IMG/VR virus record: IMGVR_UViG_3300021255_002723
Span: 1-64,000 of that record
Direction: 5' to 3' (one strand)
DNA: 64,000 nt
Origin: a virus
Lineage: Duplodnaviria; Caudoviricetes
Part shown: piece after piece, positions 40,743 to 49,647 of the stretch
Position numbering within the stretch: the first letter of the stretch is position 1
How the letters are laid out: every line of letters begins with the position of its first letter
Notes under the pieces: model-generated
What the model was told of the DNA's origin: nothing
The model's database searches: none
The model's input: only the letters and a program-made list of their open reading frames with translations
Program-made: the position numbers and the translations under genes

Positions 40743-42773
40743 TTATTTTTCATCAACGAATTTGCTCAACGCATCTATCATTCTGTCAAACTCTTCATTG
40801 ATTAGCAATGACTCGCTGTCATAAATGTCAGCCCTCTTGTATTCCGTTTCTTTCGGAGTCGTTTTATGTTCAGTCAATACATCCATGTACTGTTTGAAAA
40901 AGTTTTCAGTTATTAGTGGTTTGTTCTTGCTTACAGACTCCATCGGTGCGTTAGGGTCATTTCCCATATCGGCTGTTGGCATTGAGCCTTCTGTGCCAGC
41001 GATGTCTCCTGTATCGTCACTTCCTGGAGAGCCAAGTCCATCGAGTTCACCTCCTGCGTCCATTGGTGGTGGAGCACCGCCTCCTGGCATGCCTCCTGCC
41101 ATGCCACCTCCGCCCATTCCACCGTCAGCACCCATGCCGCCTTGTCCTTGCTGGTCATCCATATACTCAGCTCCAGGCTCTCCATAGATTCTATCAACGG
41201 TGTCGAAGATACCAGTCTTCTTGATAATTTGAGTAGTCTTTTCAAGTTCAGCAGCGATACCCTTCTCAAGACGTATCTCTTCAAGGTTCTCCTTAATTTC
41301 TTTCTCAGACCATTTCATAATCTGCTTCAATGCACGAGTCTGTGACATAACTGGTAGACCATTACCTGGGTCTGACACAGCGTCTCTAACGGCATCAATC
41401 TTCTTCTGCATGTTTTCAATCTCAAGTTGTTCTGCTTGTGTTGATGGGTTATTCATTGACAACGTGAAGTTGGTCAATTCATCATTGAAGCCTAACAAGA
41501 ACAAGTGTATTGATGCAACCTTAGTCAATTCCATCAAGAACGCTTGCTGTATTCTGTTCACCGTTCTAGTGAAACGAATGTCCATAAGTGCTAGGTTTTT
41601 ACCTTCACCAACACCCTCTTCAAAGTTCAAGAATGACTTAGGAATTCTAAGCGCTGTTAACACCTTATTCTGTACGAACTTGATGTCATCCAATGCCGTC
41701 ATGTTCTGAGCAGCAGAAAGCGTGTCAATAGGTGTTGGCGCATTTTCATCACGAACAGGTATGAAAATATCTTGGTCAACTGATAATATGTTCTTACGAA
41801 GGTCAACTTGACCAGTCATTGGGTCGATAATTGGAGTTCTCTTAAATTCATTTGCTATTCTTTCAACGTATGCCCCCACATCAGCATCGTCAATAGCACC
41901 AACAAATATCTTATATACACGCCTTTCAATAGAACGCTCAAGACGATAAATAAGCATCATGTCTTCCATCAAGGAAAGCATACGCCAGTGTCTACGAGCA
42001 GCGTTGAGGTAACTCACTCCATAAGGAAGGTATAGTGAATTGGTAAGCAAACGGAAATGAGCAATCTGCCAGTCACGGAATGGGATTTGAGATTGATTAT
42101 CATCCAACCAAATGAATTGGGTTGACATATCGGCATCATCTTTTGTTATGCCGTTAACTGCTATTGAAGCACCTGCTCCATAAGGATTTTGTATTCCGTT
42201 TTCAATTCTCTCCACATTAAACACTGGAAGCTGTTTCCAACTTTTAACACCATTCTTATGGTCAATGTCCAATAACATAAACTGATTACCATACTTACAC
42301 ATCGCACGTATAATCATTTGACCAGTAAGCTGAATATTAAGTCTGTTTACAAACAAATCCTCCAATATGTTTTTAATACGGTCTGATTTTGAATAAACAT
42401 TAACGACCATACCCTTATCGTTGGTTATGGTACTCTCTTCAGAAACAATATCCAATGCTGCACCTATCTCTGGAAATGCATCCATCAAGTCAGCATCACG
42501 ATACATAAGTTTAACGTTGTTCAGACCAGCATATGCAGTAACGGATAGATTAACGTTTGCCTTAATCCATCTGTTTTTTAAAAACTTATCTTGTTGAAGC
42601 TCTAGCTTTTTTTCAATGTAATCCTCTTTGTCAGTTGTCTTATACAAGACTTCTTTGTCAGTATGGCTCATGTCATATGTATTGACATGAGGAGTGACAA
42701 TATCTTGCGGATTCCATTGACCTCTTATGGCTTTATCTAGGGCTTGAAATACTGTTGTACTTTTCTTTGCCAT
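40743..42773 (-). CDS. portal protein (T4 gp20-like)
   Basis: PEIGAALDIVSEE, IAHFRL, MEDMMLIYRLERSIERRVYKI, ALRIPK, DIRFTRTVNRIQ. Confidence 0.95.
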   Translation of the reverse strand: MAKKSTTVFQALDKAIRGQWNPQDIVTPHVNTYDMSHTDKEVLYKTTDKEDYIEKKLELQQDKFLKNRWIKANVNLSVTAYAGLNNVKLMYRDADLMDAFPEIGAALDIVSEESTITNDKGMVVNVYSKSDRIKNILEDLFVNRLNIQLTGQMIIRAMCKYGNQFMLLDIDHKNGVKSWKQLPVFNVERIENGIQNPYGAGASIAVNGITKDDADMSTQFIWLDDNQSQIPFRDWQIAHFRLLTNSLYLPYGVSYLNAARRHWRMLSLMEDMMLIYRLERSIERRVYKIFVGAIDDADVGAYVERIANEFKRTPIIDPMTGQVDLRKNILSVDQDIFIPVRDENAPTPIDTLSAAQNMTALDDIKFVQNKVLTALRIPKSFLNFEEGVGEGKNLALMDIRFTRTVNRIQQAFLMELTKVASIHLFLLGFNDELTNFTLSMNNPSTQAEQLEIENMQKKIDAVRDAVSDPGNGLPVMSQTRALKQIMKWSEKEIKENLEEIRLEKGIAAELEKTTQIIKKTGIFDTVDRIYGEPGAEYMDDQQGQGGMGADGGMGGGGMAGGMPGGGAPPPMDAGGELDGLGSPGSDDTGDIAGTEGSMPTADMGNDPNAPMESVSKNKPLITENFFKQYMDVLTEHKTTPKETEYKRADIYDSESLLINEEFDRMIDALSKFVDEK

Positions 42774-42826
42774 TATAAACCTTTTCTATAAAAAATAATT
42801 ATTTTTATATAAATATCAAGACTATC

Positions 42827-44704
42827 TTATTTAACTCCACCCATAAGCCACATATACGTTCCATTTGGAACATTATCATATTTATGTAGATTTTTTCCTG
42901 AATAGAATGGCAAACCAACAGAAGGTGAAATAGCAGAGCCATAATTGATTCTAGGCTTGTTCATCCTAATTGCATTTGTCATCATATAGGCATTAAGAAT
43001 TGATTTGTCTTTGTTTACAGTATTCTGTATTCTATTGACAGTAAACTGCATTACAAACAATCCCATTGCCAACGCAGTAAGGGTATCGTCATGCGCACCG
43101 TCTTGGTGGTCTATTCTAGCATTTTCACCCTTGAATATCCATGTCTCCAATTCGTTGATAACCCTAGCAGAACGAATCTTAAACTCATCGTTACGAACAA
43201 GTCCTGCAAAGTTAGCCAATACTGGATAACGGTTTCCTTGGAAATGGAAACCAGGAAGTTTATCCGTATATCCGTCATAGTTTTTAGTTGACCTCTGTAC
43301 TGTATATGTCTTTTGATTTGAATCTTCATAGTAAAGGTTTTTGTACCCCATTTGAAGCATCGTCAATATACAAGCATCACCTTGACCACCAGTACAGTCA
43401 ACGACAACAAACGCATCATTGTACAACGTGCCATACTGATAGCACAGCGCACCGATGTCATCACCTAGCTTTTTACCAACATATTCCGCAACTTGTTCTA
43501 TGATAGGCATTCCGTTTTCATCCCTACCGTCCATATCAATTATCTCTATGGCAGTTCTATCGGCTGATACACCTCTAGATGGGTCGCAAGCTAGAATGTA
43601 TCTATGCCCTTCAATTGGTTTCTTCCAAAACCAAGTCTCTTCAACCAATGGGTCAGCGAAATCCTCAAGCGGTTCTCTGTTGTTAAGCTTCTCTTGCATT
43701 TCAATAAACTCTGGAGCAACAACGTTGTCAGCAGAACCCATGAACGATACGTCTAGCTCTTGGGCTATTTTCATTGAGTCGTTATTGAACGACTTACACA
43801 TATCTTCATACCAAGGTGCTGTAGGCTTCCATCCCTTATGCTCTAATTCTGCCCACCTTTCCTCATCATACTTAACGCTACCCTCATCATCTATGATTGG
43901 GTCTTGGTCGTACATCCATTCACCTGTGTCTTCATTTTTCTTTTTCCACACAAGGAACTTGTTGAATCGTGGGTCTTGATACCAACGGAACTGAACAGCA
44001 ACAAAGTTGTTTTCACGGCTTAAGGCTTGTCTGTATGTGTTGTAATACAACTCATCCCTACCATTAGGCGTAGACACCATCACAGTCTTGGAATTTGGGT
44101 TTGAGGCCATTGTAGCGGCAGCAGTGGTAAATACTGCCACACCCTCTTCAATGAACGCAGCCTCGTCCAATATAAGCACAGATACAGCAGAAATACCACG
44201 AGCAGCATTAGGACCGCTAGCACGTGCAATCACTCTGCAACCGTTGAAAAGTTTTAACTCGCCTTTTGCGTCTTTAACGAATATTGATTTTATGTTTTTT
44301 TCTGAATTTGGGTCAGGACTAAAATACTCACTTCCCCAAATCCATCTTGGAACTTGCTCAAGAAAATCACGGATTTTAATAATAATTTCTTGTGCTTGTT
44401 CAAGTTTGTTTGCAATACACAACACAGTCTCTGGGGAATCTTTTGATGCAAATGCGCACTGAGCAGTTACCCACGCGCTTGATAATGTTGTGATACCACA
44501 CTGTCTAGGTTTAATTGCAACCACATTTCTGTTTTCAGCCAATGCCCTCAAGAAAGCCCTCTGTCTAGGGAAACAGTGGAATTGGGTCTTCTTACCTTTA
44601 ATTGCATTGAAAGTAGATAGGTATTTTTCAATGAACGCTATCCTAGATTTGTCAGCATAGCACATTGCATAGTCTTGCTGGATTTGTTTGTAATCGTATA
44701 TCAT
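42827..44704 (-). CDS. terminase large subunit (T4 gp17-like)
   Basis: KPRQCGITT, ILDEAAF, VSTPNG, QELDVSF, CDPSRG..AD, HDDTLTA. Confidence 0.95.
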   Translation of the reverse strand: MIYDYKQIQQDYAMCYADKSRIAFIEKYLSTFNAIKGKKTQFHCFPRQRAFLRALAENRNVVAIKPRQCGITTLSSAWVTAQCAFASKDSPETVLCIANKLEQAQEIIIKIRDFLEQVPRWIWGSEYFSPDPNSEKNIKSIFVKDAKGELKLFNGCRVIARASGPNAARGISAVSVLILDEAAFIEEGVAVFTTAAATMASNPNSKTVMVSTPNGRDELYYNTYRQALSRENNFVAVQFRWYQDPRFNKFLVWKKKNEDTGEWMYDQDPIIDDEGSVKYDEERWAELEHKGWKPTAPWYEDMCKSFNNDSMKIAQELDVSFMGSADNVVAPEFIEMQEKLNNREPLEDFADPLVEETWFWKKPIEGHRYILACDPSRGVSADRTAIEIIDMDGRDENGMPIIEQVAEYVGKKLGDDIGALCYQYGTLYNDAFVVVDCTGGQGDACILTMLQMGYKNLYYEDSNQKTYTVQRSTKNYDGYTDKLPGFHFQGNRYPVLANFAGLVRNDEFKIRSARVINELETWIFKGENARIDHQDGAHDDTLTALAMGLFVMQFTVNRIQNTVNKDKSILNAYMMTNAIRMNKPRINYGSAISPSVGLPFYSGKNLHKYDNVPNGTYMWLMGGVK

Positions 44705-44785
44705 AATTGAAACTTTCTAAATTTTAATAAATATAGCGTAACTTTCAAAAGTTATTCATTTATAAATATTTACGAATAAAAAAAA

Positions 44786-44879
44786 GAGCGAATCAGAAAG
44801 ATTCGCCCATATGTTCGACAAGTCGATTGGACTTGTTCGTAAATGGTCTGAAATTAGGGTAGGTTTGATTGATGTGTAA
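44786..44879 (+). pseudogene. 3' end remnant of an IS1595-like transposase
   Basis: Encodes SESERFAHMFDKSIGLVRKWSEIRVGLIDV*, near-identical to the C-terminus of 58525-58734. Confidence 0.85.
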
Positions 44880-44883
44880 TGCA

Positions 44884-45207
44884 TTAACCTTCCATTCCCA
44901 AAAACTGGCCACCTTCATCATATTTTTCAAAATTGTTAGTGACCTTTGCGACACTTCTAACCGTTACTAATATTCCTTTAAAATTCAAGTCAATTAATCC
45001 TTCTCCTTCACTACCATTTAAAGCACCAAAAGAAAAACGGTTATCCATATATGGTAGTTTTTTAACATCTTCAAAATCCATACCATCTATTATTTGCTTT
45101 GCTTCCATATAGTCTTCGTTATGGCCTTCTTTCAATACTCTATTTACAGACTCCTTCACAATTCTATGAAGTTCACTTTCTGTTAATCTAATCAATTTTT
45201 TATTCAT
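44884..45207 (-). CDS. LTES-leader family protein
   Basis: Starts MNKKLIRLTESELHRIVKESVNRVLKE. Confidence 0.8.
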   Translation of the reverse strand: MNKKLIRLTESELHRIVKESVNRVLKEGHNEDYMEAKQIIDGMDFEDVKKLPYMDNRFSFGALNGSEGEGLIDLNFKGILVTVRSVAKVTNNFEKYDEGGQFLGMEG

Positions 45208-45260
45208 TGTTGTATATTTTTTTATAAATATTAATTAAAAAGCAAAAATTTGATATTTGC

Positions 45261-46787
45261 TTATATGATGTTCAAATCATATTCAATTTCATCAGTTTCC
45301 TCTTCTGTCATTGCTTCAATGTTAACTATTGGGTCTAAATATCGCAAGCCCAAACAATATGCATTGTTAAAACGCTTGCTATGATGTTCAGTACAATTTT
45401 CACTGTTCAATTTATTTCTATCTATAGTTACCCTATACACGCAAGGCCAATCATTATTAAAGGCATAATCTAACGCCATTGTTTTGGAATCTGTTAGCCA
45501 ATATGTGCCATACATTTGAGGGTCTTCGTTTTTATTCCCACCATGATACAGAATTATTGTGCTAGCATCTTCATCTTCTTCAATTACATCACCATCACCT
45601 TCCTCTGAATCTAGTTCATATCCATTGGTTTCAGCACCAGTGAAATATGAGTCCTTAATTAAAGATTTGTCAACATTTCTAGCATTTATTCTATTTGTAA
45701 ACTGTTGGTATCCGTTGTCATATTCGGCTTCCTTCATCAGTTCTCCGATTATTTCGTTTCCCTTTTCAGTTGATGCTAGTATTTCCTTAACCACATCGTT
45801 GAACTCATCTATGGAAATCCTGACAAATGACGTGAACATATAAGGAATCATGTTGGTGTCTTCAACCCTTCCGAAAATCATATCCCAAAGGCCAACGCCA
45901 AGCCTTAAATCCCAAGGCTCTGCAAGCACGAAATCAGCTTTCTTTATGACATGCATTGCATTTTTCTTATCCTTTGGAAGTCCATGTGATGAGAACAATT
46001 CAAACATACCTCTTATTGCCTCTTGGAACAACAAAGGAAATATAATACCTTGAACCTTTATTGTTGTTTTTGAATCACCGACACCCAAATGTGTCTCAAC
46101 GTAAGAACCTTGCATTGGCTTGTCATCTGTCATTTTTTCCTTTTTAATGAAAAGCAAATAGTCATTGATTATCCTTATTCTTCTGTACAATCTAGGAAGT
46201 TCAGGATTTATCCTATCAATGTCGCTGATATAAAGTCCTTCAACCTTTGCATATGTGTATGAAGCACCTTGTATTAAAGCATCTATAAATCTTCTCTTTT
46301 CAATTGCCTTATTTGAAAACTCTATATCCTTTATGTCCTTAAACGTGTGGTTTAAATCCACATTTGACTCTGGTCTCAATCTAATTGCGCTCTTAAACTT
46401 AATTCTGTCAACCAACTTAAAAATCAAGTTAATACTTTCCTCTGGAATTGCAAACAACTTGTTCAATGCGTTTTCGCATATCTTCTCCAACGAATCCCTA
46501 ACAGGCATTTCCAATTCTTTTGCCCTTTTCAGAAGTTCGCTAAGTTCAGTCATAAGCTCATCCTCAGTACAAGACCCCAATCCGATAGCCTCAATTTCAT
46601 CGCACACCTCATTATACCTTGTTTTCAACAAAGTATAATCAAACGGATAGTCACCAACATTAGGAAACGCACCATTATCGCCTAATGACGTACAGTGGGT
46701 TTTAACCATCTTATACAAAAACCTAGGCAATAGTCTTCCGTTTATAACACTAGATACAGAATTTTCGTTTATGTATATTTTTTTCAT
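45261..46787 (-). CDS. putative head protein with C-terminal ART-like domain
   Basis: MKKIYINE leader; C-terminal ILYHGG...YWLTDSKTMALDYA...VYRV. Confidence 0.55.
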   Translation of the reverse strand: MKKIYINENSVSSVINGRLLPRFLYKMVKTHCTSLGDNGAFPNVGDYPFDYTLLKTRYNEVCDEIEAIGLGSCTEDELMTELSELLKRAKELEMPVRDSLEKICENALNKLFAIPEESINLIFKLVDRIKFKSAIRLRPESNVDLNHTFKDIKDIEFSNKAIEKRRFIDALIQGASYTYAKVEGLYISDIDRINPELPRLYRRIRIINDYLLFIKKEKMTDDKPMQGSYVETHLGVGDSKTTIKVQGIIFPLLFQEAIRGMFELFSSHGLPKDKKNAMHVIKKADFVLAEPWDLRLGVGLWDMIFGRVEDTNMIPYMFTSFVRISIDEFNDVVKEILASTEKGNEIIGELMKEAEYDNGYQQFTNRINARNVDKSLIKDSYFTGAETNGYELDSEEGDGDVIEEDEDASTIILYHGGNKNEDPQMYGTYWLTDSKTMALDYAFNNDWPCVYRVTIDRNKLNSENCTEHHSKRFNNAYCLGLRYLDPIVNIEAMTEEETDEIEYDLNII

Positions 46788-47269
46788 TATAAGCTATTTA
46801 AAAACTTGCTTAATTCTTTTTTTGTGAAAGGAATGGAATTCCTTCTCATTTCATCCATAACCTTTCTAGGCGCAACTGAATTTGTTTCCAAAGAACTAGA
46901 ATCTGAAGAAGTGTTGGACGTTGCTGGTGTTAAATCTACTGACATGTCATCATTTTCAGGTTTACTAGCCAAATTTTGAACTCTACTTATTTGCGCACCT
47001 GTAGCATTAGCTGGTAAGCTAACTTTTAAACCTTCACCAGTATTTGAGTCATTTTGATTATCCATTTGACCCAATTGATTTTGAACAAGTTTTGTGTTAG
47101 GATTCTGGTTCATTATTTTAGACCCTTGAGCAACAAATTGTCTGATATTTTTAGCATTTGGCGCAGTGGCAACAAAACCTTCTTCGTTTAGCCTTAACTG
47201 GCTTTTTGAATAAATTCTACCTTCACCAAGGTTTACCAATTTATTATTTCTTTTAACCAATATTTTCAT
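46787..47269 (-). CDS. hypothetical protein
   Basis: 160-aa ORF with a late motif upstream. Confidence 0.65.
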   Translation of the reverse strand: MKILVKRNNKLVNLGEGRIYSKSQLRLNEEGFVATAPNAKNIRQFVAQGSKIMNQNPNTKLVQNQLGQMDNQNDSNTGEGLKVSLPANATGAQISRVQNLASKPENDDMSVDLTPATSNTSSDSSSLETNSVAPRKVMDEMRRNSIPFTKKELSKFLNSL

Positions 47270-47341
47270 ATTACAAATTTTATATATAAATATTTAGACA
47301 AAATAAAAAAGGGATACTTCTAAGTACCCCTTTTGTTTATT

Positions 47342-47879
47342 TTAGAATGGAGATATAAATGGACTCACCATGTCTCTGTATGCCCTAGGCAACTTTTTCT
47401 GTGGCCTTGTTGTGCCTACCCTATCATCTAGCACATCATTTATCGTTTCATCAATAATTGATTTCATATTTACTCTAGATTCCATTGGCATATCACCTTG
47501 TGGCATTTCACCACCTTCTGAATCATCTGCCATGCTTTTTGCATACTTTGTCACAGCTGCCTTGTCTTCAATTGAAAGTCCGTTGATGATACCCATTAGT
47601 TCATCATCTTCACCTCCCATTGGCTCTTCACCTCCCATTGGAGGTTCTTCACCCATTGCGTCAGGGTCTTCTCCACCCATATCGTCTGGAGCACCACCCA
47701 TAGGGTCAGCCATTTGGTCTTCTCCACCCATGTCATCAGCTCCCATTGGTGGCATTGGAGCATTATCTAAATCACCCATGCCATCCACATCGCCACCTAG
47801 GGTGCTGTCAGGTATTTCAAGTTTCGTTGGCCTTTCTTCAAAAAAAGCTTCCGTTAACTTACTTGTTTCTTTTTTTTTT
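47342..47879 (-). CDS. probable frameshifted continuation of the 47859-49574 protein (G/D/M-rich)
   Basis: No convincing start of its own; joins the upstream ORF across an A10 run at 47870-47879. Confidence 0.6.
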
Positions 47880-49574
47880 AAGACGGTCAAATGCTTCAGC
47901 AATTGCATTGTCAATTGAATCTGGGTCAATTTCGAATGGAGCACCATCACCAATTCTCTCACCGTAAGGCATATCGTTCTTAACAGAATCATCATTCATG
48001 TCATAATAATCTGGGAACTCTTGCAAATCCTTTGGAGGCAATGTCATCACTGTCTTCTGATATGCTGGGTGCTTTCCGAAATCATCCAACTTGTTCATGT
48101 TTCCTTGTGGAACACGACCTGCATCCTTAAATGGAGTCATACCCTCTTCGTTCATTCTTTGCTTGCGCATTGCATTTCTAAATGCTCTCGTCTCGAAAAT
48201 CTGAACACCATTTCTGCGTCTGCTTTCCATTGGCATTTCATCATCATCCATTTCATCATCTGGACCGAATCCTTCCTCGTCATCCATTGGCTCTTCATCA
48301 TCGAACTCACCCTCTTCTTCATCACCGAATAGGTCATCATCATCATATTCGGCATCATCAACTGGAGCATCTTCAACACCAAGCTTTGCAGCGATTTGTG
48401 TCAAAAGGTCTTCAATTGCCTCAACACGTGACTCAAGGTCATCTTCATAGATGTCATCATCTTCAACTTCCTCATCACCGAACTCATCATCTGCTGGTTC
48501 TTCATCGCCAAGGTCATCACCCATTGCATCAGCATCAATTGGCTCACCTTCGCCTATGCCATCGCCCATTTCGTCACCTACTGGCTCGCCATCGCCCATG
48601 TCATCGCCAAGGTCATCATCTGCTCCGAAATCATCAATAGCTTCGTCCAATTGCTTGCCCTTCTCAGCATCAAATGGTTTGTTGTTGTCATCAGATGGAC
48701 CTTCACCTACGCCAACTGCTGGCTTATTCTGGTCATCAGTATCGTGCATTGAAGTTCCATGATTCTCTACAACACCGTTCTTCATTTCACCAGTCTTGGT
48801 TACTTTCTTGTCACCGTCATCGATGTTTCTTGCGGTTGCATCATCGAAAGGTGCACTGTCACCAATTTCAGTTCCATGAGACTTATCCATATAATCCTTA
48901 TCGTTACGATTCCAACCAAGAACCTTCTCGCTTGTTTCCTTAACAACTGACTCGCCTAGGCCTGAGCCACTTGGAAGAGTTGCATTAGTATAACCAGCAT
49001 TAGCTGTTTCTGCATTTCCGCACTCATCTACTTCACTAGAGATATTAGGTTTTTGTGTATCAGCACATTCTTTATCGACCTTATCGCAGCAAACACCATT
49101 TGCACAGTCCTTACCTTTCTTCTCTGCAATTATCATTGCATTCTTCATAATCTGGCGTTCACGAAGGATTTCTTTCTTCATTTTGTCAGTTGCTTCAATG
49201 ACAACATTTTCCTTTTTGTCCAAATCCCAAGAATTGATGTTGAAGTCAGTCTTGCTAGCAGCCTCCTTCAAAGACATCATCTTTAGGTCAAACTGCTTCT
49301 GAGCGTTTGCGAAAGAAGTATACTCATTGTCTTTTCTATTTCTGAATCCTCCAATGTAATTGAAGTCTTCCTTTACTAGGTTTTGCTTGTTAGGAGCAGA
49401 CTTGATGTAGTATTTTGCACCCTCGCGGATAATGGCATATACTTTTCCATCAGCAGCAAGCTTCTGGTTCTCTACAGAACTGTAAGGAGCTTTTTTGTTT
49501 TCAGTCTGAAGACCATAACCCATTAAAGTCTTCATTCTTGCCAACTGCTCGTTTGTATTCATTTTATTGTTCAT
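47859..49574 (-). CDS. acidic prohead-core-like protein
   Basis: D/E/G-rich; shares KPF...KGKQL.E with the scaffold at 33644-35161. Confidence 0.65.
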   Translation of the reverse strand: MNNKMNTNEQLARMKTLMGYGLQTENKKAPYSSVENQKLAADGKVYAIIREGAKYYIKSAPNKQNLVKEDFNYIGGFRNRKDNEYTSFANAQKQFDLKMMSLKEAASKTDFNINSWDLDKKENVVIEATDKMKKEILRERQIMKNAMIIAEKKGKDCANGVCCDKVDKECADTQKPNISSEVDECGNAETANAGYTNATLPSGSGLGESVVKETSEKVLGWNRNDKDYMDKSHGTEIGDSAPFDDATARNIDDGDKKVTKTGEMKNGVVENHGTSMHDTDDQNKPAVGVGEGPSDDNNKPFDAEKGKQLDEAIDDFGADDDLGDDMGDGEPVGDEMGDGIGEGEPIDADAMGDDLGDEEPADDEFGDEEVEDDDIYEDDLESRVEAIEDLLTQIAAKLGVEDAPVDDAEYDDDDLFGDEEEGEFDDEEPMDDEEGFGPDDEMDDDEMPMESRRRNGVQIFETRAFRNAMRKQRMNEEGMTPFKDAGRVPQGNMNKLDDFGKHPAYQKTVMTLPPKDLQEFPDYYDMNDDSVKNDMPYGERIGDGAPFEIDPDSIDNAIAEAFDRLKKKRNK

Positions 49575-49647
49575 AATTAATATATTAATTTTTTTTCAAA
49601 CTTATTTTTAATATAAATATTTCGTACTAATGAAAAATACTTTATAC

